NCBI GenBank assembly: GCA_012813795.1
Contig: GCA_012813795.1_4087.1
Strand: one strand, 5' to 3'
DNA: 64,000 nucleotides
Source: a phage
Made by a program: the position numbers and the translations under genes
Shown: positions 27,712 through 37,357 of the stretch, piece by piece
Position numbering within the stretch: the first letter of the stretch is position 1
How the letters are laid out: the number at the start of each line of letters is the position of its first letter
The notes under the pieces: generated by a model
Told to the model about the DNA's origin: nothing
The model's database searches: none
What the model saw: only the letters and a program-made list of their open reading frames with translations

Positions 27712-28068
27712 TTAATCCCCTATTGAATAGTTGTTCATTTGTGCAATTATGTTCATTATAACACAAATAACGTACAAGTCGAACTTTATTTTGTTGTGAT
27801 TAATTACACTATTATCGGGTACATACCCAACACACTCCACTGTGTATTCAAGGAATGATAGTTCAGAATCATCTGAATCTATATCTGCCTTAATGAAGTA
27901 CTTTAAATGTGGATGTGTATTAGTGTATGAACTTAAAATCTGTTGGAACTTGTTTCGTAGTTCACGAGTTAACTTTATGTAATCTTCATCGTCACGTTGG
28001 TCGAAATACGGATCTTGTGGTATCTCATAACTCAAGAACTTTGCAAATCGTGTTGATGTTTTATTCAT
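27712..28068 (-). CDS. hypothetical protein
   Basis: start moved to Met12 just after upstream stop. Confidence 0.5.
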   Translation of the reverse strand: MNKTSTRFAKFLSYEIPQDPYFDQRDDEDYIKLTRELRNKFQQILSSYTNTHPHLKYFIKADIDSDDSELSFLEYTVECVGYVPDNSVINHNKIKFDLYVICVIMNIIAQMNNYSIGD

Positions 28069-28501
28069 ATGCCATCTCTTCCTTATTAAATCTTGTAGCA
28101 CGAAATTCTTCTTTAGCTTCCTTTACTGACATAATACGAAGTAGTTTTGCACTACCATAATAGTACTGCACTTGGTTATGTCCAATGTCTACATGGTTAT
28201 CTGGAACTTCATACACAAAAACAGAAAATCCTGAACGATGAAGTTTACCTAAGTCCATTGTAAAGAATCTGAACAGGTCGTTTAAACTTTGGCATCCAAA
28301 TGCCCAGCCACGCTTTATAGAATAAATTCCATCGTCGGTGGGTTCTGGTTGAAATTGTGTAGGTGTGGTCATACACAAACGTTCAAATCCATTTTTAGTA
28401 CTGTATCGCGAAGAGTACCGTGCGAACGGTCCTACTGTTTTTGCAGGATCTAAGTTAGGTTCAATATAACTGAATTTAAGTTCAAAACGATATACATACA
28501 T
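28061..28501 (-). CDS. hypothetical protein
   Basis: 146 aa; downstream of module A7. Confidence 0.6.
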   Translation of the reverse strand: MYVYRFELKFSYIEPNLDPAKTVGPFARYSSRYSTKNGFERLCMTTPTQFQPEPTDDGIYSIKRGWAFGCQSLNDLFRFFTMDLGKLHRSGFSVFVYEVPDNHVDIGHNQVQYYYGSAKLLRIMSVKEAKEEFRATRFNKEEMAYE

Positions 28502-28530
28502 AATTAAAATCCCCAGTAGTAGATGAAATG

Positions 28531-28563
28531 ATTATAACAAAAAAGGCTGACCGAAGTCAACCT
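28531..28563 (-). promoter_or_regulatory. family-A module (hairpin + TTGACT-N18-TATAAT)
   Basis: revcomp AGGTTGAC-ttcg-GTCAGCCT-tttttgt-TATAAT. Confidence 0.65.
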
Positions 28564-28763
28564 TTATTTTGAAGTTCTTGAACTAATTGTCGTACTTCTT
28601 TGATGTTACGACACTGCTTTACAGTGAAGTAATCATACTTACGACCATAGGTTCTTGGGTCATCACCTTCCATATACTGCTGCACATCAAAGATTTGTAA
28701 GTAGGGATGCTGTATAACACGAATGTTATCACATTGATAAATCAACATATGTTTAGTCCTCAT
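28557..28763 (-). CDS. hypothetical protein
   Basis: start moved to Met6 ATG (track start is GTG). Confidence 0.5.
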   Translation of the reverse strand: MRTKHMLIYQCDNIRVIQHPYLQIFDVQQYMEGDDPRTYGRKYDYFTVKQCRNIKEVRQLVQELQNKG

Positions 28764-28887
28764 ATTTACACAAGCCACCGAATGTTGCCTGTTTTGCTGC
28801 CTTACGCATCATCACAAGTTTAACATACTGTTCGCCATTACTTTCTTCATATACATCAACTTGAAGAAATGCAAGCATATTGGGATC

Positions 28888-28920
28888 AGTATAACAAAAA
28901 AGGCTGACGTTAGTCAACCT
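28888..28920 (-). promoter_or_regulatory. family-A module variant (hairpin + TTGACT-N18-TATACT)
   Basis: AGGTTGAC-taac-GTCAGCCT then ttttttgttatactg. Confidence 0.5.
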
Positions 28921-28927
28921 TTTTTAA

Positions 28928-29281
28928 TCAATCATCATATGTACACTCACCTCCAAAATCAGCCTCCTTATCTCCAATACGTTTAAGTACGAGTTTGACT
29001 TCTTGTGTTCCGTCTTCACCCTCTATCATATTCACTTGAAGGTAGGCTCTATAATCAGTGTCACCTGTTTTTGCATATTCAGTGAAACTGATATCACCAA
29101 CAGTATGGTCTTTAACGTATGTATATTCAATGCCATCGATGTAAATGATATCAAGGTCATCTGAATCCCCTTGGAATATGTGTTGTTCAGAATTCTCTTT
29201 ACAAAGCAATCCGGCTAAGGGTGCAGCATAAGAGACACCACACATAATAATACACATAAAAAATAATATAACTTTCATCAT
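28928..29281 (-). CDS. small secreted protein (signal peptide)
   Basis: MMKVILFFMCIIMCGVSYA signal-like N-terminus. Confidence 0.55.
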   Translation of the reverse strand: MMKVILFFMCIIMCGVSYAAPLAGLLCKENSEQHIFQGDSDDLDIIYIDGIEYTYVKDHTVGDISFTEYAKTGDTDYRAYLQVNMIEGEDGTQEVKLVLKRIGDKEADFGGECTYDD

Positions 29282-29652
29282 TTTTTCCTCTGCATATCTC
29301 TGTTCAATACCATTTCACGATACATATTATACAACACATCAATCTTATAAACAATATACCACAAACAACAAATACTTGCCATACCTGCGGTCATAGAAAC
29401 ATTACTATTAGATACAAATCCCAATTGTTCCAAAATGATCATCATAAAATACAATGTATTGGTAATAATAGATGAATTCCATGCTGGTGAATCCACATCA
29501 AAATGCATTGTTATTTTTAAAATGATTCCATCTGATTGTTTTAAAATGTAATACCATATACCATAGATTGACCCCATCATAAAAGTTACAAAACAAATAC
29601 CAAAAATGATTTGTGGAAGTACTAATGAGAACCCAATGATACTATTGAACAT
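29278..29652 (-). CDS. small membrane protein
   Basis: 124 aa hydrophobic; ATGA overlap. Confidence 0.55.
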   Translation of the reverse strand: MFNSIIGFSLVLPQIIFGICFVTFMMGSIYGIWYYILKQSDGIILKITMHFDVDSPAWNSSIITNTLYFMMIILEQLGFVSNSNVSMTAGMASICCLWYIVYKIDVLYNMYREMVLNRDMQRKK

Positions 29653-29666
29653 AGATTTACCTTAAA

Positions 29667-30032
29667 TTATATTTGACAATGTAAATGAAGTTTATCAAGA
29701 TCCAGACTTCTTTTATTGGAATGATCACGGTAAACCACTACATATATATCCCCTGTATTATTTTCAGGATCAACTATCAGTATGACATTAGCAATTATAC
29801 CAGAATCAGTTCTAAATGTCGATACCTTTTTGTTGCCAATTTTACTTTCACTAACAAAACGATAATTTTCACCATCTATTAGTATATCAGTACCATTATA
29901 TGGATCACTGGAAAACGTATGCCACTGTCCATCATTTCCTATGCAATCGAACCACGCAACGTCCTCGTTAGCTTCAACTGGCATAACATTAAGTGCCATT
30001 ATCATGGCAATTATAATTGTAAGCTTTCCCAT
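29667..30032 (-). CDS. small secreted protein (signal peptide)
   Basis: start moved to Met18 (GAGG RBS); MGKLTIIIAMIMALNVMPVEA. Confidence 0.55.
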   Translation of the reverse strand: MGKLTIIIAMIMALNVMPVEANEDVAWFDCIGNDGQWHTFSSDPYNGTDILIDGENYRFVSESKIGNKKVSTFRTDSGIIANVILIVDPENNTGDIYVVVYRDHSNKRSLDLDKLHLHCQI

Positions 30033-30124
30033 ATTAACCTCAAAATAATAAAAAAAATACTTGTGTACATAACTAGTACACAAGTATTTAATACTATTCT
30101 GTATTTTATATGAGTACTTGGTTA

Positions 30125-30457
30125 TTACTTATCAGATTTTGATTTAAACTTCATTTTAAGTAAGAAAATCCAATCAGAAACCAAACCACTAAACAAACAT
30201 TGAATAAACCATACAATAGCTACTAAATTTTCAACAACGGAAATCCATGCAAGTACAGTAGATAGTGGTAATAAAAAGCCCAATAGCCACACAACAGCAT
30301 ACACACATACTAAAACATAAAAGATCCCAACTACTGGACTATCCAGATTGAATAGTTTACGTAGGTCATTTTTAACTTCTTCATCTTTCTGGAATGCTTC
30401 AAAAAGTAATACAAAAAGAAGAACAAAACAAGGGATAGAAATAATAAATGATAACAT
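30125..30457 (-). CDS. small membrane protein
   Basis: 110 aa hydrophobic. Confidence 0.55.
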   Translation of the reverse strand: MLSFIISIPCFVLLFVLLFEAFQKDEEVKNDLRKLFNLDSPVVGIFYVLVCVYAVVWLLGFLLPLSTVLAWISVVENLVAIVWFIQCLFSGLVSDWIFLLKMKFKSKSDK

Positions 30458-30477
30458 TAGTAGTTCCTCATATTAAT

Positions 30478-30738
30478 TTAACGGAGTTGGCTGTCTTTAC
30501 TTCCACGTCTATTATAACGCTCTTGATATACCTTGTCAACCTTTGATTGACACTGAACACATCGTTTTACACCCTTCAGTACTAACCTCCGCTTCTCTGG
30601 TATCTCACAGTCACAGTCGATGCAGTACTCTTCAGACTCACCACTATACAGATTTGAGCGAGCAAAGTCAATAGCATTATCAATAGTTGCTTGTATCGTT
30701 TCTAAATGGTTATCTGGTGAACCAAACCCTACTGCCAT
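30478..30738 (-). CDS. TraR/DksA-type C4 zinc-finger protein
   Basis: CIDCDCEIPEKRRLVLKGVKRCVQCQ gives CxxC-N17-CxxC. Confidence 0.6.
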   Translation of the reverse strand: MAVGFGSPDNHLETIQATIDNAIDFARSNLYSGESEEYCIDCDCEIPEKRRLVLKGVKRCVQCQSKVDKVYQERYNRRGSKDSQLR

Positions 30739-30770
30739 AATATCCCCCTTAGTAGAAGGATATTATAGGT

Positions 30771-31013
30771 CTAACCTTCAAGTTTGTCAAGTACTTCTTT
30801 TTCTTGGAACAACATTAGGAATGAAATATATAGTAGTATATGACTCACAATCATCATCCAATCAGTAGACCAATAAAGAGTCAGACTTACCAATACCCAT
30901 GCAGTATTCAAGAGAAATACTTTTACAGCATCATAAAATTTACCCCATACTAAAGTTAAAATAGTTGGAGAAAAGTTAACTAATAAAATCAGTACAACGT
31001 ATAAAATTAACAT
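30771..31013 (-). CDS. small membrane protein
   Basis: start moved to Met15 overlapping upstream stop by 1 nt. Confidence 0.5.
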   Translation of the reverse strand: MLILYVVLILLVNFSPTILTLVWGKFYDAVKVFLLNTAWVLVSLTLYWSTDWMMIVSHILLYISFLMLFQEKEVLDKLEG

Positions 31014-31678
31014 TATAGTGTTTCCTTTTTCTTTACTGGGATTAGTTCGTAACAATAAACAACATCAATACCTTCTTCATCATACAAGTACTCATGCTTT
31101 TTCTTATGAGTACCAATGTATGTGCCGTGCTTATGCCAACGCCACCCACCATGTTCAGGTTGATCTTCCTTGTACACAGGATGAAATCCAATAACAACTT
31201 CCATTTCAGATGTAAGAACATTCTTATGTTTCTTAAGGATCTGCTGTAAGTTGTCAGCTACACCGTAAGGGGAATTACAATGTGTTGACAATGGGAATGG
31301 TCTACCACTTGGCAATAATTCACTCTCATACGAAGCACTACACATAGCAAGAAAATCATCAGAATTATAGAACTCACCATTGTTCGTATTAATATATTGC
31401 AGACTTTTAATAACTTCATAGTCTGTCATAAAGTTAATGACTTTATCTATACCATAACCCGCTAATATACCAGGTGTAGGTGTCTGCACAGCACAAAATA
31501 AACGATTACTATCTTCTTCCGTTAGATTAGCCTTTTCCCAGAATGGATGCTTTCTGTCAAAACGACTTTCGTATAAAGTTCCTTTGATACCATCGCTATC
31601 GTATGGAACTTTCTCAAGATACATACCACGACTTTGTACCATATCATCACTAATAATGTAACTTAAATTGGCGAGCAT
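31013..31678 (-). CDS. hypothetical protein
   Basis: 221 aa. Confidence 0.6.
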   Translation of the reverse strand: MLANLSYIISDDMVQSRGMYLEKVPYDSDGIKGTLYESRFDRKHPFWEKANLTEEDSNRLFCAVQTPTPGILAGYGIDKVINFMTDYEVIKSLQYINTNNGEFYNSDDFLAMCSASYESELLPSGRPFPLSTHCNSPYGVADNLQQILKKHKNVLTSEMEVVIGFHPVYKEDQPEHGGWRWHKHGTYIGTHKKKHEYLYDEEGIDVVYCYELIPVKKKETL

Positions 31679-31742
31679 ACGTATTCCTCAGTTAATTCAT
31701 AATACAGATATAATACTCGCTTTTTACATGCGTGTCAAGTTT

Positions 31743-31955
31743 TTAAAGCGTAGGCCACACTTTAAATTGTAGTTGCTGATACTGTACATCTACGGTTTCT
31801 TTCTTATCAAAGGATTCAGATACTTTAATCTCAGCTTCGTACTCACCTTCTGCATGTACGACAAATTTAAATTCTTCAACATGTGAGAAACGCATACCAC
31901 GATCACCATCAAAACGGAAAACCTGCACTGTACCTTCTACTAGATATAAATTCAT
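31743..31955 (-). CDS. hypothetical protein
   Basis: 70 aa. Confidence 0.5.
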   Translation of the reverse strand: MNLYLVEGTVQVFRFDGDRGMRFSHVEEFKFVVHAEGEYEAEIKVSESFDKKETVDVQYQQLQFKVWPTL

Positions 31956-32176
31956 TCTTCATCATCCTCTTCTAAAAGTTTAATAGATTTAATTGTTTCA
32001 ATATAACGTTGTGTCTTTGTTGTATTGAACTTTGTCAGGTCATTTAACAGTAAAGAGAGTACATGGGCTACATCGCGACCCCTAACATACATCGTGCGTT
32101 CACTCATGACCTTTTCATAGCCACGAATGTTATCAAATTCAGATATACCCACGTATTCAATCACGTATCTGTTCAT
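31952..32176 (-). CDS. hypothetical protein
   Basis: 74 aa; ATGA overlap. Confidence 0.5.
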   Translation of the reverse strand: MNRYVIEYVGISEFDNIRGYEKVMSERTMYVRGRDVAHVLSLLLNDLTKFNTTKTQRYIETIKSIKLLEEDDEE

Positions 32177-32679
32177 TTATCATCCACTTGTATGTCAAAG
32201 GCTTTACAGAAATTATCTACTCTTTTACCAGGAACTGACATGTATATGTTATATGGCAATTCACATACCTTATTGGAAATTGCCAGTACTTTAGGAATAT
32301 CAGGATCGTGTAGTTCAAAGTTGTATAGCAATGAACTTTGGAATACACCCTCTTCAGTACTGTAATCTACAATGAACAGTTCGTGTGATGATGGTATATC
32401 ATATTCTACAATGTTTTTGTGATTCGGTCTATTATGAAAGTGAATTTCATATGTATCACGCACCGTTGGTTTAGATAGATAAACCGCAGATTCAAAAAGA
32501 TCACCAATACCGAATGTAACATCACACAGCTTATCACCGTTTGTATCATACAAATAGAACATTGTACTATCAAATACTTTATCAGATACAATATTCATAG
32601 TATTGTACGTACCATTGTAGCTCTCATTGAAGTTGATAAACTCTATGAACTTTACAAACTTATCAGTACTAAGATTCAC
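32173..32679 (-). CDS. hypothetical protein
   Basis: 168 aa. Confidence 0.6.
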   Translation of the reverse strand: MNLSTDKFVKFIEFINFNESYNGTYNTMNIVSDKVFDSTMFYLYDTNGDKLCDVTFGIGDLFESAVYLSKPTVRDTYEIHFHNRPNHKNIVEYDIPSSHELFIVDYSTEEGVFQSSLLYNFELHDPDIPKVLAISNKVCELPYNIYMSVPGKRVDNFCKAFDIQVDDK

Positions 32680-32879
32680 TACTTCACCTCAATGACCTTA
32701 AGGTTAACAAAGTCACCTTTGACCTTCATACATTTGTATTCGGTACGAGTTTCTTCACCAGCATCACGAGGCCAGTGTGTCGCAGAATAACACTGCTCAG
32801 GTGTTTTATATACACCGTCACCGAATGTATGTGTGATTTCACCATTTGTTAGTACTACGGCTAGATATAAAGTAAACAT
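32679..32879 (-). CDS. hypothetical protein
   Basis: 66 aa. Confidence 0.45.
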   Translation of the reverse strand: MFTLYLAVVLTNGEITHTFGDGVYKTPEQCYSATHWPRDAGEETRTEYKCMKVKGDFVNLKVIEVK

Positions 32880-32888
32880 GTGTATTCC

Positions 32889-33035
32889 TCAAAAAAACTT
32901 ATTAATGATAACTGCAAACAGTCCCAGTACTGCAATAATTACAGATACCCACATTACCGCATTCACTGTACCAGTTAGTTCTTTATCAAACTCCCTGCAC
33001 TTCTTGCGGTACTCTTCCCATTCTTTGTTGTTCAC
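32889..33035 (-). CDS. small C-terminally membrane-anchored protein (GTG start)
   Basis: GTG 6 nt after GGGAG and just after upstream TAA; track ORF 32889..33203 overlaps 33037..33246 by 167 nt. Confidence 0.4.
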   Translation of the reverse strand: MNNKEWEEYRKKCREFDKELTGTVNAVMWVSVIIAVLGLFAVIINKFF

Positions 33036-33036
33036 C

Positions 33037-33246
33037 TTATGCTCCCAATAAATCAGTTGCTTTCTTGAGAACAACGTCAATTGTTTCCAGTACTGCACCT
33101 TTGTGTTCAATTGATACAATATTATTATAAGTATCAAGGTCCAAGTATTCCATGTATTCAGTTTTGAATACACGAACATCAGTACTAGTGATTTTAAGAT
33201 CACAACCTTTATTCCAGATAACCTGCATCATTTCATTGGTAGTCAT
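33037..33246 (-). CDS. hypothetical protein
   Basis: 69 aa hydrophilic. Confidence 0.5.
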   Translation of the reverse strand: MTTNEMMQVIWNKGCDLKITSTDVRVFKTEYMEYLDLDTYNNIVSIEHKGAVLETIDVVLKKATDLLGA

Positions 33247-33521
33247 TATTCAACCTTATCATAAACAAGTTTGTGAGTGCTTATTACTTTGTTGAGTTGC
33301 CCAGGACATTCATATACGTATAATCTCTCCTGACGTTTTTCCCAACCACCACAAATACGTCCTGCTTGTGTACATATTTCATATTCGTTAATAAAAGACT
33401 TACCTGTGAATGTACAATCATAACGAACTAAGTCTTTTGCACTAAACCTGCCGTAATCATTACATGCTGTAAGAAACATTGTACAGAATACAACAAACAC
33501 AGTCAATAGTTTTTTAATCAT
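33246..33521 (-). CDS. putative lipoprotein
   Basis: signal peptide ending LTAC; Cys-rich mature part. Confidence 0.6.
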   Translation of the reverse strand: MIKKLLTVFVVFCTMFLTACNDYGRFSAKDLVRYDCTFTGKSFINEYEICTQAGRICGGWEKRQERLYVYECPGQLNKVISTHKLVYDKVE

Positions 33522-33886
33522 TTAAGATCTCCCCAACGGCAACCCTTCATATGATTCAAATTCACCTCAACTATTTCATGTGTGTCAGTGCACAATATCG
33601 ACAGTTTTTTTGTAAAATCACCTGGTGAACTTTCATATTTCACACAATAGCCCTCGATACGGAGAACCGAGTGGGTCCATGATTCCCACTCAATCCAAAT
33701 TTCATTTGGGTGATATACAATATCTTCGTTTAACTTGTGATATTCATCCAGTGGAAGCTGTGTAGTGATATCAATATATTTTACATTTCGACTGAGTTTT
33801 TCAAGCTGATATCGTGTATTAGCTAGATATTCTTCGTCATTCAAACGTTTTAAGATATTTGCCGAACGAGTAGTATCAAGACTCAT
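33518..33886 (-). CDS. hypothetical protein
   Basis: 122 aa. Confidence 0.55.
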   Translation of the reverse strand: MSLDTTRSANILKRLNDEEYLANTRYQLEKLSRNVKYIDITTQLPLDEYHKLNEDIVYHPNEIWIEWESWTHSVLRIEGYCVKYESSPGDFTKKLSILCTDTHEIVEVNLNHMKGCRWGDLK

Positions 33887-33888
33887 TG

Positions 33889-34134
33889 TTATTCTCCATG
33901 AACCACAGATGTATCCACGCGAACTTTACCACTCATATAAGACGTAGTAGTGTTTGCATTAGGACAGTACACAGTGTACAAAGATGCACCAGCACCGTCT
34001 TGTTGCATACGATAAATCTTACACCCTGCTTCTTTGAGTTCAGTTGGTAAAACAAACTCACTAGTTCGTTCTTTGGTTGAAGCATCACATGCAGTGAGTA
34101 GGAAAGCAATTAGTACTGCTACAATATATTTCAT
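33889..34134 (-). CDS. putative lipoprotein
   Basis: MKYIVAVLIAFLLTAC lipobox. Confidence 0.6.
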   Translation of the reverse strand: MKYIVAVLIAFLLTACDASTKERTSEFVLPTELKEAGCKIYRMQQDGAGASLYTVYCPNANTTTSYMSGKVRVDTSVVHGE

Positions 34135-34442
34135 TAACGAACCTCCACTTCTTGAGAAAGAGCATGAGTCAGTGCATTTGAATTCGAACCATTCATTTCA
34201 CGCTGACATACAAACATAATGGCATCTTGTACTGAACCTGCGATTTCATACTCACGACCTTCTGGATCAGTTACCAGATGTTCAACGATACAACCACCAC
34301 GCAGTACAGAAGCACCAGTACTTACACTAATCCTGTAACCTAAAAAATCAAACTGCATACATGCGTCAGTAGGTTTCATCCAATAACCGCTGTTTTGATT
34401 CAAATCGATGATTACAAAACCTTGAGTGTTAGTTTGAAACAT
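34134..34442 (-). CDS. hypothetical protein
   Basis: 102 aa; long 5' leader from promoter 34536..34564. Confidence 0.55.
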   Translation of the reverse strand: MFQTNTQGFVIIDLNQNSGYWMKPTDACMQFDFLGYRISVSTGASVLRGGCIVEHLVTDPEGREYEIAGSVQDAIMFVCQREMNGSNSNALTHALSQEVEVR

Positions 34443-34535
34443 AGTTAATTCCTCATTTAATTTAAAAGGGTGGAAACGCAGTGACGAGTACGATTATGCT
34501 GTCTTTCCTTTCACTGCATTCCCTTTGATATAAAC

Positions 34536-34564
34536 ATTATACTGCTATTATTCAGTACTGTCAA
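34536..34564 (-). promoter_or_regulatory. family-B promoter TTGACA(GTACTG)-N17-TATAAT
   Basis: revcomp of tgtcaa 34559-34564 and attata 34536-34541. Confidence 0.6.
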
Positions 34565-34839
34565 TCGATATAAGTACCTTTTTTAACATCACAGACTTCT
34601 TCCATCCAATGTGGATTTTCGTTTTTATCAGTGAAGATTTGTTCTGCTTCTTCTTTTGTTTCAGCTAGGACGATACGGTCCCCATCATCCAAAACACGGA
34701 TACGATAAACTTTCAGTTCTTGTTTCTGCTCAAGGATATTACACAGTTCACGTGCTTTTTCTTCATCGCACTCCCCTTCATTAGCATAAAACCAGATTGC
34801 TTTTTTAATAAGGTCACGTTCTTCTTTGGTAAAAGACAT
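34561..34839 (-). CDS. hypothetical protein
   Basis: 92 aa acidic. Confidence 0.55.
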   Translation of the reverse strand: MSFTKEERDLIKKAIWFYANEGECDEEKARELCNILEQKQELKVYRIRVLDDGDRIVLAETKEEAEQIFTDKNENPHWMEEVCDVKKGTYID

Positions 34840-34884
34840 AATATTTCCTATTATTTGTTAAAGTGGGTGTCGTTTGATATAAAC

Positions 34885-34912
34885 ATTATACAGTACTGAT
34901 ATCTTCTGTCAA
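34885..34912 (-). promoter_or_regulatory. family-B promoter TTGACA-N16-(CAGTACTG)TATAAT
   Basis: revcomp of tgtcaa 34907-34912 and attata 34885-34890. Confidence 0.6.
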
Positions 34913-35010
34913 GTATTAATCACCAAAAATCATCATATACCCAAACCAACAAACACAGATGACTAAAACTAACAATACCAACGATAATCTCTAAAGTCAC
35001 GTTTGCATCC

Positions 35011-35211
35011 TTAATCAATGATTTTATATTCACGATGACCATAGAAGCCAGCCTCAAGGATGTGATTACCATCAGCATCTTCCAAGTCCCAGCCACGGGA
35101 TGTTTCGGCAATAATAGTCATGATGTGACCTTTAGTGAAGGTTCCACTCATAGTAGATACGTCTTCAAGTAATTGAACCTGCTTACCAACATTTGTATTC
35201 GATTGAAACAT
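35011..35211 (-). CDS. hypothetical protein
   Basis: 66 aa; AAAGGA RBS. Confidence 0.5.
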   Translation of the reverse strand: MFQSNTNVGKQVQLLEDVSTMSGTFTKGHIMTIIAETSRGWDLEDADGNHILEAGFYGHREYKIID

Positions 35212-35299
35212 TTATTTTTCCTTTAAGGTTGGATATATGCCAGTGCACCAATACCGATAACAACTACAGTGAATACAACCAGAAATATATTAAGTTTCA

Positions 35300-35467
35300 T
35301 CATTGTTTAATCACCTCGATTACTTTATCGATCTTAGTTCCAATACTTTCAGTACTTTCAGTTTTAGATGTACAGTAATCTGGACGGGTGTCAGGAAACT
35401 TCTCAGTTACCCATGAATGTCCATAGATGCCTAAACCGATACCAACGATTAAGATAATGATTTGCAT
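35300..35467 (-). CDS. small membrane protein (55 aa, below track cutoff)
   Basis: ATG 5 nt after GAGGAA; N-terminal hydrophobic helix; a 26-aa hydrophobic ORF (35223..35303) follows with TGATG overlap. Confidence 0.45.
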   Translation of the reverse strand: MQIIILIVGIGLGIYGHSWVTEKFPDTRPDYCTSKTESTESIGTKIDKVIEVIKQ

Positions 35468-35481
35468 GATAGTTCCTCTAA

Positions 35482-36276
35482 TTAAATTACATAGGGTTTA
35501 TAGTAATGAATCTCATTTGCTATTGCAGTGAAAACTTTCTTATTAAATCTTTCACCATAATCACGAAGTGATTCACCTTCTACGCTTTCAATAAAGTAAT
35601 TATATACTGGTAGTCGTGCACTGTCAATACCTATAAACGATTTCATGTAAATTTGTACTAAACGATTCATACCTGAATTTAAACATTCAACATCAAAGTG
35701 CTTGATACCTTTGTCTAAGTGCTTGAATGCATTGATGATACCACGCTTGAAATCACGCTCCATAGTACTGAATAGATTCTCAGGAAACACTGTAATCGGA
35801 GACATGGATTTAAGAATGTATGTATCTTTTGCATTCTTGATGTACTCAATGAAGCAGTAGTTTACATTAGGCTCAATTGAACGGTCTGCATTATGATACC
35901 AGTACTTAAACTCGCTGTACTCTGCGAACTTATGCTGGCGTAAGGCATTACAATCCTCACACAGTGCAGTCATGTTCTCTTTATCATTACCACCCTGAAG
36001 ACAGTCAAGTACATTATGGTCTAACGTCATGCGTACAAGGCGTTTCCCTTTAAGTACATAAGGTCTGAATTTATAACGGTCTTTAGTACTGTGCTTATGT
36101 AAAGTGAATACTACATTGGATTCACCACAACAATCACATTTAAAGCCGTCACGAGACATTACATGAATGAGTTTGCGAGTATTAGGTCCAAACTCAGATT
36201 TAGTAATATTATCCACAATTTCTGATGGTTGGTAATATTTTGAATTCAGTCGAATCAATTCATCGATAGTACTCAT
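35482..36276 (-). CDS. HNH endonuclease
   Basis: CDCCGES...TLDHNVLDCLQGGNDKENMTALCEDCN (His/Asn/Cys HNH pattern); start moved to Met7 (GAGGA RBS). Confidence 0.7.
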   Translation of the reverse strand: MSTIDELIRLNSKYYQPSEIVDNITKSEFGPNTRKLIHVMSRDGFKCDCCGESNVVFTLHKHSTKDRYKFRPYVLKGKRLVRMTLDHNVLDCLQGGNDKENMTALCEDCNALRQHKFAEYSEFKYWYHNADRSIEPNVNYCFIEYIKNAKDTYILKSMSPITVFPENLFSTMERDFKRGIINAFKHLDKGIKHFDVECLNSGMNRLVQIYMKSFIGIDSARLPVYNYFIESVEGESLRDYGERFNKKVFTAIANEIHYYKPYVI

Positions 36277-36277
36277 T

Positions 36278-36502
36278 TTAGATTTCCTCTTCACTGCATT
36301 CGGTGATTACTTTTTTAACCTCTATAACTCTTACTAAATGATACCCGCACCTATGGTTGAAATTAAACATGTTTACTAATGCATCAGCTTCTGTTTTTGC
36401 CCTAAATTGGAGATTATATATGTGCATAGTTTCATCGAGTGAGGCTTCACCTTTGCTATTGAAAACAATTTTACAAACTTCAAACCTTACTCGATAAATC
36501 AT
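36278..36502 (-). CDS. hypothetical protein
   Basis: 74 aa. Confidence 0.5.
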   Translation of the reverse strand: MIYRVRFEVCKIVFNSKGEASLDETMHIYNLQFRAKTEADALVNMFNFNHRCGYHLVRVIEVKKVITECSEEEI

Positions 36503-36708
36503 TGAGTTTGTCCTACAATAAATTTCGCTTTAATATCACTTTTGTAACACCACATTTGTTCTTCACTAACTGTCATCCAAGAATTTTTGTTTACTTGTTC
36601 GTATGTACTATCACGTACAGAAAAACATTGGTTTAATGAATTCATAGGGGTAATTTGTACACCGGATTGCATTGAAAGAGCAACAATTAAAAAGATTGTA
36701 GTATTCAT
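36499..36708 (-). CDS. small secreted/membrane protein
   Basis: 69 aa, hydrophobic N-terminus. Confidence 0.5.
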   Translation of the reverse strand: MNTTIFLIVALSMQSGVQITPMNSLNQCFSVRDSTYEQVNKNSWMTVSEEQMWCYKSDIKAKFIVGQTQ

Positions 36709-37332
36709 TGAATGTTCCTTAATAGTTAGTCATCCATCTCTTCGAGATGTCTGTTCGCTTCTAATACTACGTATTCTACGCGAATGATTAATAACTGTCA
36801 AGGACTTTTAATATTGACGGGATTTGAGGAAGGGATTTTTCTTCCCCCCGCTGGGAGGGGAATTTGACGCTGATGGTATCAGAGCTATTGCATTGAAGAT
36901 TACTCTTAATGAGTACGAAAGCGGGTCATCCTGTTTCTCTCTACTTCAGTTTCATATGACGGTCTACACTTTTAAACATAGTGTATCTTCATTAAGTATC
37001 TATGCAATCAAATACTTAATGTGAGTACTCAAATTTTGGACGCAACTTTCCTGTACAAAATTTGATAACTCTCCCTTAGATAATTCGTAAGGTGTTATCC
37101 TTATATGTCTATCTAGGAACCACCAGCCATCCTAACGTGGTTCTTTATAGTGCCGCATTGCCGTGAGGGGTTCATAATATGCCCACATCTGACGGGTTTC
37201 TTCTGCACTTCGCACTGCTGGACTGCTCAACTGCCCTCTACATTTTCGAGTGGATCAGGTTCATGTCATCCATGCCAACAGAATTGTACAATATCATTGT
37301 ATCATGAACATCCATTTTGTCCCATAAAAAAA

Positions 37333-37357
37333 GGGCTGACCTAAGTCAACCCTTTTT
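37333..37357 (-). terminator. family-A hairpin without -10 (terminator after sigma-factor gene)
   Basis: revcomp GGGTTGAC-ttag-GTCAGCCC-ttttttt; no TATAAT follows. Confidence 0.6.

Noticed and set aside
18197-37357. Family-A hairpin elements as REP/MITE-type mobile repeats
   Set aside because: Always in the same orientation in intergenic positions with fixed spacing to a -10 and the next RBS; no target-site duplications or terminal inverted repeats.
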